A stretch of DNA of 64,000 nucleotides from Mobula birostris (taxonomy: Eukaryota). The stretch is taken from positions 86,509,921 through 86,573,920 of the forward strand of contig NC_092383.1 of assembly GCF_030028105.1 (NCBI RefSeq), read 5' to 3'. The position numbers were made by a program, and so were the translations under genes. Below, in pieces: positions 25,959 through 38,373 of this stretch. How positions within the stretch are numbered: position 1 is the first letter of the stretch; each line of letters begins with the position of its first letter. The notes below the pieces were generated by a model, which worked only from the letters and a program-made list of their open reading frames with translations, had not been told where the DNA came from and made no database searches.

Positions 25959-27449
25959 TGCTTTATTCACAGAGACCCAGCCAGGACCTGTCTGTCCTCA
26001 GCAAGAAGTAACAGTGAAATAAAAATGAGGAAGATGGCAGCAGGAGGTTCAATAAGAGAACCACAACAGGGGTATGGTATGTGACAATCTGAAAAGCTTT
26101 TAGCTATATTTAGCAAGACAGAAACATTTAAGCAATTCCCAAAAACTGAATGAAATGTTGAGAAGAGTTAAAATGGTAGATACAAGAAACAGCAGTTGGT
26201 CTAACCTTCAGCAAAAACAAACTGCTGCAGATGTCCTGAAGCAGAGCATTAATCTAAAAATGTTGCCTCTGGGGATCCCACCTCTCTCCCCACATTTCTC
26301 CAGAAGTTTTATTTTTTTACTTGATTAAATATGTTAGGTGCATTGAGTTATTGGGGAAACTGCTGATGTTGAAAACTAAATGGTGGAAAAGGAAAAAGCC
26401 CATGTTGAAGGTTGTCGTGATTGTGAGTTGAAGTTACGATCTGGGCTTCGTGTCTACGGGTTCCATGTGCTGATTTGAGGCTGAGGGAGTGACCCTCCCC
26501 ACTGCTCCAGTCTTTTCTTCTAAATGCTATTTGCTTCCTTTTGTTTTTGATTTGTTCTTTTCTCTCGCTGTACATTGGGTGTTTGGAGGTCTTCTTTTAT
26601 TTGTGGGTTATTTTGGGTTTCTTTGATTTGTGGCTGCCTGTAAGGAAGCTAACCTCAGGATTGTATAATGTATGCATACAATGATGATAAATGTACATTG
26701 AACTATTGAATATTGAAAGGCCTAGATAGAATGGATATGGAAGGGATGTTGCCTGTAGAAAAGGAGTCTAAGACCAGAGGGTACAGCCTCAGAGTACAGG
26801 ATGTTCCTTTAGAACAAAGTTGAAATTGAGAGTGATGAATCTGTGGAATTCACTGCCACAGATGGCTGCAGAGGCCAAGACACCAGGTGTATTTCGAGTG
26901 GAGATTGATAGTTTCTTGATTAGTAAGGACGTCAAAGGCTACGGGGAGAAGTCAGGATAATGAGATTGAGAGTAAAAATAAATCAAACATGATGAAATGG
27001 TGGAATAGACCCAAGGGGAAGATTGGCCTAATTCTTCTCCTATGCCTTTTGGTTTAATGGTCTTCTAATACATTCACCAAACCTGTGAACTCTTATACAC
27101 CCCTCCAATATTTCCATATTCAGTATCTGCCATGATGATAATTCAATCAAATCTGTTTTGCGAACTTGCTGCTGAAGAAGCAACAAACTAGGAAATAGGA
27201 GTGATGTAGAAAGAGCTTTTCATGCAAACTTAGCACACAGTACTTGGCTTAATTCACTCTCCTCTCTGAAGACTGTGTCTGCTCTTTGAAGAAACTTTAA
27301 AGCTCCACTCTTCTGAATTCTATTCCATCTGTTTGTGCAATTTCAAGAGCTCTGATGGGATTTCACTTTGCTTCAGTTATATATGAGAGGACAAACTGCT
27401 CAATGGAATTAACCATTAACAATAGGCAAAATCCATGTCAAATCCTGCC

Positions 27450-28150
27450 TCTGTAATTCCCTTTACTCCGCTGTAATACTGATACATCTGACTTCAGCTT
27501 CTCCTTCTCAAACTTCATGCTGAATTTGATTATATTATGATCACATTGCCCTAAGGGTTATTTTGCCTTCAGCTCTCTAATCAATTCCGGTTCATTGCAC
27601 AACACCCAATCCAGAATAGCTGATCCCCTTGTGGGCTCAGTCACAAACTGCACTAAAAAGTCATCTTTTAGCCATTCTAGAAATTCCCCCTTTTGGAAAC
27701 TAGCACCAATCTCATTTTCCAAATCTACCTGAATATTGAAATCCCCCATGAGTATTGTAACATTGTCCTTTCAGCATGCATTTTCTATCTTTATTGTAAT
27801 TTGTAGGCCACATCCTTACTACAGTTTGGTGGTCTGTATACAACTACCATCAGGGGCAATGTCAACATCAATATCTTCCAACCCAATGTCACCTCTTTCT
27901 GATGATTTGATTTCATTTTAATAAACAGAGCAATGCCACCCTTGTTGCCTTCTTGTCTGTTCTTTCGATACAATGTGCTCCAAGCTATAATCTTCTTTCA
28001 GCCATGACTCAGTGATGCCTACAACATCATACAAGCCAATCCATAACTTTGTGACAAGTTCCTCTACCTTATTCTGTATACTGCACATATTCAAATTTAA
28101 CGGTGTATCCACCCTGTTCAATCTTGTCTGCCTTTTATGTTGAAGCTCAT
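27450..28150 (-). mobile_element. Degenerate CR1 endonuclease-region fragment
   Basis: GGIALFIK, VVYRPP, MGDFN motifs in broken frames. Confidence 0.8.
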
Positions 28151-28179
28151 CCTATTGACTGCTATTTTGCCAAATCAGA

Positions 28180-28790
28180 ATCAGGTTTATTAACATTGGC
28201 ACTTGTTAACTTAGCAGCAGCAGTTCAATGCAATACATAATCTAGCAGAGAAAATAATAATAATAAATAAACAAGTAAATCAATTACAGTATACATATAT
28301 TTAATAATTTTTTTAAAAAGCGTGCAAAATCAGAAATACTGTATATTTAAAAAAAGTGAGGTAGTGTCCAAAGATTCAATGTCAATTTAGGAATCAGATG
28401 GCAGAGGGGAAGAAACTGTTCCTGAATCGCTGAGTGTGTCTCTTCAGGCTTCTGTATCTCCTACCTGATGGTGACAGTGAGAAAAGGGCATGCCCTGGGT
28501 GCTGGAGATCCTTAATAATGGATGCTGCCTTTCCATGACACTGCTCTCTGAAGATGTCCTGGGTACTTTGAAGACTAGTACCCAAGATAGAGCTGACTAG
28601 ACTTACAACCTTCTGCTGCTTCTTCTGGTCCTGTGCAGTAGCCCCTCCATACAAGACAGTGATGCAACCTGTCAGAATGCTCTCCACGGTACAACTATAG
28701 ATATTTTTGATTGTATTTGTTGACATACCATATCCCTTGGATCTCCTAATTATGTACAGCTGCTGTCGTGCCTTCTTTATAACTACAACA
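28180..28790 (-). mobile_element. Rex/L2-like LINE 3' fragment
   Basis: VESILTGCITVLYGG...SGRRYRSL...RFRNSFFPSAI. Confidence 0.7.
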
Positions 28791-29449
28791 GCCTCGCCTC
28801 AGCACACATTGCCTATTTGTAAATGATACCTTGTATAATATGAGAGCTGACTCTATTGTATCAGTTACTGCTGTCAGTTGTGTAGTGTTCACCCTCAGTG
28901 AAGGATGTGGTTAGAATGTCTGTCTTCTTTACTTGCCATAGCAAACAGAATATGGAGAAGTACAAACAGCTGTTGGTACTTCTCTATAGATGACAGATGT
29001 TCTGGTCTCCTCCTGTGTTGCCCTATCACTTCTTGGAAAACATCTCAACAACTATGGTGCAACATGCTGATGTGAACAAGTGCAGAGAAACTAAACATCT
29101 TCAACAAAACTATTTTGTTTCAGCATCTAGATCATTGAACAACAATAACAATTCAGCGAAGTGAAAAGGCCACTTAACCATTGTGTTGAAACCTAATCCC
29201 AATCCTGTGCAGCCCCGTAAATACAATGGTGGGATCATAAAATGTTTACCAGTCAGTTCTTGGGAAGTTATCCAAGAATTGAGGCTTTATAAGGTATAGG
29301 TCAGATTCAACGGGCTGAGTGGCCTAATTCTGTTCTGTTTTATTGTCTTCTGGTCTATGGTCTTAACTGATGAAGCAATGCAGGAAGAGGATGCAACAAC
29401 TAGTTGACTTGAAGCATCCATTGGATCCACCCTGAATACTGTCTTCTGA

Positions 29450-31350
29450 GCACAGAAGTTCTAAACTTACTCATTGAGCATTACTTTGGGATGTCCTCGG
29501 AAAAGGAAAGGGTCCCTTTCAGAATCAGGATCAGTTTATTTTCACTGTCTTCTGATGTGAAATGTGTTGTTTTGCCGTAGAAAAACTAAGTAAGTTCCTT
29601 GCCTCAGAGCATTAATGAACTCCAGTTTAACAGGTCCAGGTCCACAAGTGGGACCACTGCTTCTGGAATTATCCCCAGGCAATCAACACCCATCAGATAA
29701 CCCTGAGCTGAAGAGGGCAAGAGCTTCATCAGATTCCGGTGTTATTGTGTCACATCGTCACACAGCAGGCAAAGGTTATTATGCCATATTCCTACCTGCC
29801 GATGAGGCTTTTCAAAGTTCAAAATTCAAATTCAATTTATTATGAAGGTACATACATGTCAGCATAAACTATCCTGATTATAATGACGATAATGCAGTTC
29901 ACCTTCTCTCATTTTCAAGACCGTTTATTGTACATTCATGGGTTACAGTCACAGATCAGTACTGAGAAAAGTTACACCTTCTAGTTGCAGATTCACACCC
30001 TGATGACCAATGTAAGCTGCAATAATTTGCAGCTCTCTCATTTTATTCAGCACCCAACTTTTATTTCCATTGCTTGTTCTCCTTTAAGGCCTTTGTACAG
30101 TGACTGGAAATGTTCATGCTGTGTCTCTTTCTCACTCCATTTCGACAAAATGTGTTATGAAAAGTCAGTAACCTTGTCAAACTTGAAAATCTTCATAGTA
30201 ACTTTAGTAGCAAAGTTTGTATGTGTTGCCATATTCTATCCTCAGTTCCATTTTCTTACAGGCATTCACAGTAGAACAAAGAAGTACAATAGAATCAGTA
30301 AAAACTACACACAAGAGCTGACAAAATATAATCTGCAATGGAAGGCAAACTATGCAAATACAAAAAAATTATTGATTGTAAATATAAGACTGAGACATGA
30401 GTTGTGGAGACATTGAAAGTCAGTCCATAGGTTGTGTTCAGCGAGCACTTCACTGTTGAGCTGAGTGAAGTTATCAATACCTGGTTCAGGGGCCTGATGG
30501 CTGAGCTGTTCCTGAAGCTGATGGTTTGGGACGTTCCAAAGGGAGCAGTGAGAAGAGAGCATGTCTGGATGATGAGGATCCTGGATGATGGATCCTGCTT
30601 TCTTGTGGAAACCCTCCTTTGTCGGTGTGCTCATTGTATGGGAGGGCTTTACCTATGATCTGATCAGTCTTGACCAATTTCCACACGGACCGTCTCTGAG
30701 TCATGAATGGCTCTGTTTTTTATAGAAGCCTGTAAGTCAATATTGCCCATAAATTAGAAAACAGACAAATATCATACAATGTGGTATCCATACCTCCATG
30801 GTATTCTAATGAAGGGCATCAACTGCATATAAAACTAAAAAGGAGTAATTCTGAAAAGAGATGAGAACGAAAACTCATTATGTTATTTGTAGGAACAGAG
30901 AACATAGAACAGTACAGCACAGTACAGGCCCTTTGGCCCCCAGAGTAGTGCTAAATTGTATTCCATGATCAAGCTAATCCTTCCCTCCTACATTGCACTT
31001 AACACTCTATTTTAATACATATATGTGTGTAGCTCTCTCAGAGCTTCTTAAATGTCCCTGTTGTATCAGCCTCTATCATCAAGCCTACAGTGAATTCCAG
31101 AGAGCTGCCACTCACTGTGTGGAAAAAAAAACCTACCTCTTACATCTCCCCTAAACTTTCCTCCACTCACCTTAAATGCGTGTCCTCTGGTACTGGTCTT
31201 TGTCATGATGAGATCGGTGTGCTGCCTATCCACTCAACCAATGCTTTATACTCCACAATACTCCACGTGTGATCGAACCAGAGCTGCAATATTTCCTTGT
31301 GGCTCTTGAACTCAATCACATCAACTAGTGAAGTTTAGCACATCATACAC
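29450..31350 (+). repeat. Direct duplication, paralog of about 34300-36260
   Basis: Colinear match, e.g. aggtccagg..caagtgggaccactgc and gcagattcacaccctgatgaccaatg in both. Confidence 0.8.
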
Positions 31351-32165
31351 CTTCTTTAAGTATCTGAGAATGGGCAAAGAAATGGCTGATGGAATACAGT
31401 GTCGGGAAGTGTTTGGTCATACACTTTAGTAGAAGAAATGAAAGGATGAACTACTTTCTAAATGGAGAGAAGATACCAAAAACTGAGGCACAAAGGGACT
31501 TGAGAGTTCTTGTGCAGGATTCCCTCAAGGTTATTTTGCAGGTTGAGTCTGTGGTAAGGAAGGCAAATATGATGTTAGAATATAAAAGCAAGGATGTAAT
31601 GTTGAGACTTCATAAAATACTGGTGAGGCCTCATTTGGAGTATTACGAGCAGCTCCTCATCTTGAAAAGGATGTGCTGAAACTGGAGAGGGTTCAAAGGA
31701 ATTTCACGAAAATGATTCCAGGATTGAATGGCATTTCATATGAAGAGCATTTGATGGCTCTAGGCTGTATTCAATAGAATTCAGAAGAATGAGTGGAGAC
31801 CTAATTGAAACCTATCACATGCTGAGAGGCCTTGATAGAGTGGATGTGGAAAGGATGCTTCCTTTGGTGGGAGAGCCTAAGACTAGACAACATAGCCTCA
31901 GAATAGGGGTGTGTCAATTCAGAATGGAGATGAGGATGAATTTCAAAGTTGGAGATCGGTGAACCTCTGGAATATTTGCCACATGCAGCTGTGGAGGGTG
32001 AGTCTTCATGTATAATTAAGGCAAAGATTGATAGCTTCTTCATTGGTCAGAGCATGAAGAGATATGGGGAGAAAAGCAGGAGATTGAGGCTAAGAGCAAA
32101 ACTGGAGTTTCCATGATGAATTGGTGGAGCAGGCTCAATGAGCCAAATGGCCTAATTATGCTCCT
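31340..32165 (+). mobile_element. Degenerate CR1 3' portion
   Basis: MEYSVGKCLVIHF...LVRPHLEY. Confidence 0.8.
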
Positions 32166-32780
32166 ATATCTGAACTTCTCAGCCACAAGCAATAGCAGAT
32201 ATTTTAACTTGAAGCAAAAATAAAGATTTGGATTTGTCCTGAAGCAGAGGATTAATCTGAAATGCTGACCACTCTGCCTATGTAGAACACACCTGTCTCC
32301 CTGGGTTCCTCCAGAACTTTTATATTTTGCTTGATTAAAAAAGTCAGGTGTGTTGAGTCATTGGGAGAAGTGCTCATGGTGGAAAGAGAAAGAGCACATG
32401 TTGAGTGTTTTTGTGATTGTGAGTAGGAAGTTGTGGGCTTCGTGTTTACAGGCTCCACGACATTTACCATGCCGTGCTCTAAATTCAGGCTGATTCTATA
32501 GCCTGCTCAGGCTGCTCCAGGCTTCGAGTCTGAGGACGTACTTTCATTCTAAATACTATTTGCTTACTTTTATTGTTTGCACATTTCTCTCTGTCTCTGC
32601 ACATCAGGAGATTTTTGATCTTTTATTGATGGGCTACTTTGGGCTTCTTTGTTTTGTGGCTACCTATAAAGAGATGGATTTTAAGAGTTGAAAATAAATG
32701 TACATTGCACTTTGAACTTTTGAATGATGAAATGGTGGAATAGACCCAATGGGAAGGATAGCCTAATTCTTCTCCTATGT

Positions 32781-33307
32781 TGTTGTGATGGAAATGAGAC
32801 AGATTCTTTGGGTCTCAAAGGCAAGGATTCTGGACACACAGTTTTAACAATAAGGAGTTTATTTACAAGGGGAGAAGAGCTTGAGGACAACACAAGTGGC
32901 TAAAATATTCGCACAAACACGCTTAGGATAGTCAAGCATGGGAAAAGTTGGGTTGGCAGTACGCTCCCAAAACCCTATTCAATGCACAGCTCACCACGTG
33001 TCTCCAGCGCTGTTCTGTAGTCTTCAGCCTGGAGTGAAGCAGGGTGGTCCCTCGAGGATGGCAAAAAAGAGAGCTGGCCAAGCACATGTAGCACCCTTTA
33101 TAGGTCAGGGGGCTGGAGGGTCCAGCCCAGGTGATTCACTGGGGGGCCAACGGCTTGGTACTAGATGGGTTAATCCAATTAAGGTGGCCAATGGTTAAGT
33201 GTGCATTGATTAGTTGGGAGGGGTGAAATGTTGACTGGCATGTGGTGTGCCTTCCGACCAGGTAGAGGGCAGTGCTGAGCCATGACAGGCACGGCTCTCT
33301 GGATATA
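32781..33307 (-). mobile_element. Solo LTR (527 bp)
   Basis: 5-bp TSD tatgt (32776-32780, 33308-33312), begins tgttg; TATA-like and AATAAA motifs on the minus strand; interrupts an older CR1 tail. Confidence 0.72.
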
Positions 33308-36300
33308 TATGTCTTTTGGTTTTATGGTCTTCTTATACAGGCAACAAACTGGTGAACCTCTTCTGCAATCCCCAAGTGTGTTCTAACTGTATTTTTATAC
33401 ATTTGTAACATAAATTCTTGAGTGATTAATGCTGGCCCAATGCCATAAGCTCTCTTTACCACCTACTTTACCGTCTCCCTCGATTCCAAAGTTTGGGGAA
33501 TTATGGACTCCAAGATTTGTGCATCATTCTGGATCTGCCTTGATGATAATTCAATCAGACGTGTTTTATAGAACTTGCTGCTGAGAAAGAATAAAAATAG
33601 GAAATAGGTGTGACGTGGAAGGGTTTTTCATGCAAACTCAGCAGACAGTACCTCACTTCATTCTCTCTCCTCTCTAAAGGCCATGGCCGATCTTCGAAGG
33701 AACCTTAAAAGCTTACCCTTCTGAATTCTATTCCAGTTGTCGGTGCAATTTCAAGAGCCCTGATGGGATTTCACTTTGCTTCAGTCCAATATGAGGGGAA
33801 AACCCACTGAATGGAATTACCCATTCACAGCGGGTAAAATCCACGTCGGATCTCTTAAACCAAATCAACTCCATTTTGAAAGGAAATAGTCTGCATATGT
33901 AGACAGCTCCTGTAGTTTCTTTTTCTCATAGATTCATGGGGCACAGTTAATGTACAGGTCACATTTGTCCAAGAAGAAGACATCCCTATCTTACCTTCTG
34001 CACTTCTTTCTATGTTAGTTGAACTGTGATCTATCCAGATTCATGCTGTGCGATCCCCTGGGGCAGATGAAGTCTGAGGAGAGCTTCAGTCCAAGGGATT
34101 AGAATTCCCACATGTCACACATATTGGAGAATAAACACAGAATCAGAATCAGAATCAGGTTTAACATCACCGGCATACCGTATGTCATGAAATTAACTAT
34201 AGCAGTCCTAAACAGGAATATTTGATGATTCCCATTGGGAAGGAGAAGCTTGTTTACAGAAGGCATTTATTAGTTCTTCCCTAAATTCTGTTTTGTAAGA
34301 GAAGTAAACAACACAGAAGTTCTAACAATATCCTTTGAGAACTGCTTGAGACAGCCTGGGACAGGGAAGTGTCCATTTCAGAATCAAAATCAGCTTTGTT
34401 TTCTCTGTCTTCTGATGTAAACTGTGTTGTTTTGCAGCAGAAAAAAAATAAACAAGTTCCTTCATTCAGACTATTAACGAGCTCAGGTTTAACAGGTCCA
34501 GGTTTACAAGTGGGACCACTGCATGTGGAATTACCTGCAGATAATCAACCCTCATTAGCTAACCCTATCCTGAGGAGGTCATGAGCTCCAAACAGACTCT
34601 GGTGTTATTGGTGTTATTTGGTGTTTTTGCTTCACATCCTTGCATCGGAGGTGACGGATATTGTGCTGTATTGCTCCTTGTCAGTGAGGCATTTTAAAGT
34701 TCAAAACTCAAATTGAGTTTATTATTGAAGTGCATATATTTCAGCAAAAAAACTACTCTGGTTATAATTACAATAATGAAGTTCACCCTTTGTTCGATTT
34801 TCAGGATGTTCTATTCTATGTATGTACATTAATGGGTTACAGTCACGTGTTAGTTCTGAGAAAACTTACACCATCTATTTGCAGATTCACACCCTGATGA
34901 CCAATGCAAACTCCAATAATCAGCAACTGACTCATTTTAATCAGCACCCAGCTTTTATTTCTACTGCTGGTCCTTTGGTACATTTGTGCAATGACTGGAG
35001 AGCTTTATGCTTGAGTCTCTTTCTCACTCCATTTCTACAAAATGTGTTCTGATGGGTAAGTAATCACGCACTTTATCACAGCTCAAAAAATCCAAAGCAA
35101 ATTTATTTTCAAAATACATATAAATCACTATATACTACCCAGAGATTCATTTTCTTGCAACCTTTCATTGGAGAACAAAGAAAAACAATAGAATCAATGA
35201 AAAACTACACACAAAAACTGATAAACGACAAACATGCAAAGGAAGCCAATCTGTGCAAACACAATAAATAAGAAATTAATTAATACTGAGAACATAAAAT
35301 TGTAGAGTCCTTGAAAGTGAGTCTATAGGCTGTGTTCAGTGATCTTTGCTGTTAAGTGACCAAAGTAAACCACTCTGGTTCAGGAGCCTGTTAGCTGAAG
35401 TGTTCCTGAATCTGTGGGCTTTGGGCCTAAGGCTTCTCTGTGTCCTTGCCAGTGAGAAGAGAACATGTTTGTATGATGGACGTCCTTGATGATGGATTCT
35501 GCTTTCTCATGGCAATACATCGCTGTAGATATGCTCGTTGGTGTGCTGGGCTGGGCTTTGCCTATCAATTGATCAAATCAGTATTAACCAATCTCCATAC
35601 AGACTACCCCTGAGTAACGAATGGGTCTGTGTTTACAGAGGCCAGAAAGTAAATATTGCCGATAAATCAGAAAACACAGAAATATCACTCAATGTGTTAC
35701 CCATACCTTCATGGTATTGTAACGAAAGGATCAACTGCAAATAAAACTGAGGAAAAACAGTAATTTTGAAAAGTGGAGAGAAAGTAAACCAGTTTTGTTA
35801 TAACATAGAACATAAAACAGTTCGGCCCACAGTATTGTGCTGATCTATACTCCATGATCAATCAAATACTTCCCAAATGCATAGCCCATGAGACTCTGTT
35901 TCGTACATACATGTGTAAGCCCATCTAGGAGTCTCTAAATGTCCCTATTGTATCAGCCTCTACCCCCATGCCTGCAGTGCGTTCCAGGGACCCACCACTC
36001 TCTGTATAACAAAAAACTTACTTCTTACATCTCTGCTAAACATTCTTCCACTCACCTTAAATGGATCTCCTCTGATATTGGTCATTGTCACCATGAGGAG
36101 GGGGTGCTGGCTATCCACTCAATCTATTCTCCACAACGCTCCAAGAGTGATCAAACCAGAGTTTTCGAGAGCTGCGACATTACTTTACGGCTCTTGAACT
36201 TGATCCCCTCAACCGGTGAAGTCAAGCACCTCATTCACCATCTTTAACACCGTTTCAACTTGCTCAACAACTTTAAAGGATCTACACATTTGATCCCAAT

Positions 36301-37015
36301 GTCCCTCTGTAACTCCTCACTGTTAAGAATCCTGCCATGAACCTTGTAATCTGGCTTAAAGTTCAATTACCCAAAGTGTATCACAACATATTTTTCAGTG
36401 TTAAACTCTATCTACCACTTCTCCACCCAGCATTGCATCCTGTCGTTGTCTGTTTGTAACTTATGACAACCTTCTGTACCACCCACAACACTGACAATCT
36501 ACATGTCAGGTGCAAACATATGTATATACAGTACTGTGCAGAAGTTGTAGGCATATGTAAAAATATTTTATAAAGCGAAGAGGCTTCCAAAAATAATGAA
36601 ATGTCAAGTTACCGAATATCAGATATTTACTATAAAGTGCAGTAAACAGAAAAAAGCTAAATAAAATCGATATTTGGTGTGACCACTCTTTGCCTTTAGA
36701 ACGGCATCCATTCCCTTAGGCACACAGTTGTGCAGTTTTATAAGAAAATCAGCTGCTTTTTCCAAGCAACTTGGAGAACTTGCCACTGTTCTGCAGACTT
36801 GGGCTGTCTCGTTTGCTTCTGACTTTCCAGGTAATCCCAGGTAACCTGGATAATGTTGAGATCAGGACTCGGTGAAGGCTATGCTATCTTGGGATGCCTA
36901 AGAATTTTGCACGGTAATGTACATTGGAAATTTGAATTAAGTAACATTACAGAGGTTCATTTGTGTGTACAAGTGACATTAAGTCAAGTGATTATAACTT
37001 GGGAATGAGCTTGTC

Positions 37016-37545
37016 CTGTCCAGTTGTCCTGTCCAAGACCGAAAGAAGCTGCAGAAGATCGTGAACACGGCGCAGCACATCACACAAACCAATCTTCCGT
37101 CCTTGGAGTCACTTTACACCACACGCTGTCGGAGCAGTGCTGCCAGGATGATCAAGGACACGACCCACCCAGCCAACACACTTTTCGTACCTCTTCCCTC
37201 CGGGAGAAGGCTCAGGAGCTTGAAGACCCATACGGCCAGAGTTGGGAACAGCTTCTTTCCAACTGTGATAAGACTGCCGAACGGATCCTGACCCGGATCT
37301 GGGCCATACCCTCCAAATATCTGGACCTGCCTCTCAGTTTTTTTTGCACTCCCTTACTTTCCATTTTTCTATTTTCTATTTATGATTTATAATTTAATTT
37401 TAATACTTTTTTTTACTATTTTTAATATGTTTAATATTTCATATTTGTAATCCAGGGAGCGGGAACTGCAGAATCAAATATCGCTGTGATGATTGTACAT
37501 TCTAGTATCAATTGTTTGGCGACAATAAAGTATAAAGTATAACTG
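37016..37545 (+). mobile_element. Rex-like LINE 3' fragment
   Basis: LPSGRRLRSLKTHTARVGNSFFP and (aaagtat)n tail. Confidence 0.7.
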
Positions 37546-37782
37546 TATCCTCTTTTATCTTAACATTACTCCTCCTACCAGATCAATTCTTTAAACTAAC
37601 ACTCTTCCATTTTTAACTCAGATCTGATGAGAAATCCCTGACCTGAAACTGGATTTAATGAAAAGTTCCTGTTATGATTTGCAGCTTCAAAACAGTGAAC
37701 GAATTCAAAGCAAACAACAGAGCTGGGAAATGAGAATCTTAGACTGTGTTTCTACTTTAAGTGAGGTGCACATGTATCACGT

Positions 37783-38007
37783 AGAAACATAGAAAATAGG
37801 TGCAGGAGTAGGCCATTCGGCCCTTCGAGACTGCACTGCCATTTATTATGATCATGGCTGATCATCCAACTCAGAACCCCGCCCCAGCCTTCCCTCCACA
37901 CCCCCTGACCCCCGTAGCCACAAGGGCCATATCTAACTCCCTCTTAAATATAGCCAATGAACTGGCCTCAACTGTTTCCTGTGGCAGAGAATTCCACACT
38001 TTCACCA
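37783..38007 (-). mobile_element. Young CR1 3' tip inserted in the Gypsy 3' LTR
   Basis: Reverse complement of the 3' end of the 38476-41696 element, including the ctatgtttc tail. Confidence 0.9.
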
Positions 38008-38373
38008 TGTTGGTGTCATGACATATCAATTCATTTCATTTACTTATGAACCATATTTAATTACTTAAACAAACAAGAATACTTAATCAAACAATATTTA
38101 CAATATTACTCGAATACTACTGAAATATTAAATACACAACACTCCTTGCAACTTAAGTATAAATTCCATCTGAATAGAAAATGCATCTCTCTATATATAC
38201 AGTATACTATATGAAGGATTTCATACTCGTGGCATATCATCCTTCCTGAAACAGAGGATCACTCTGCTTAACAGATGAGACTTGTAGCTGTGAAACCATC
38301 TTAGGTTCTGGGGCCTCCTCCACAGTGGGTTGTAAGAGCTGTTGACCCTGAGACTGCAGGAAGTGGTTCTGAC

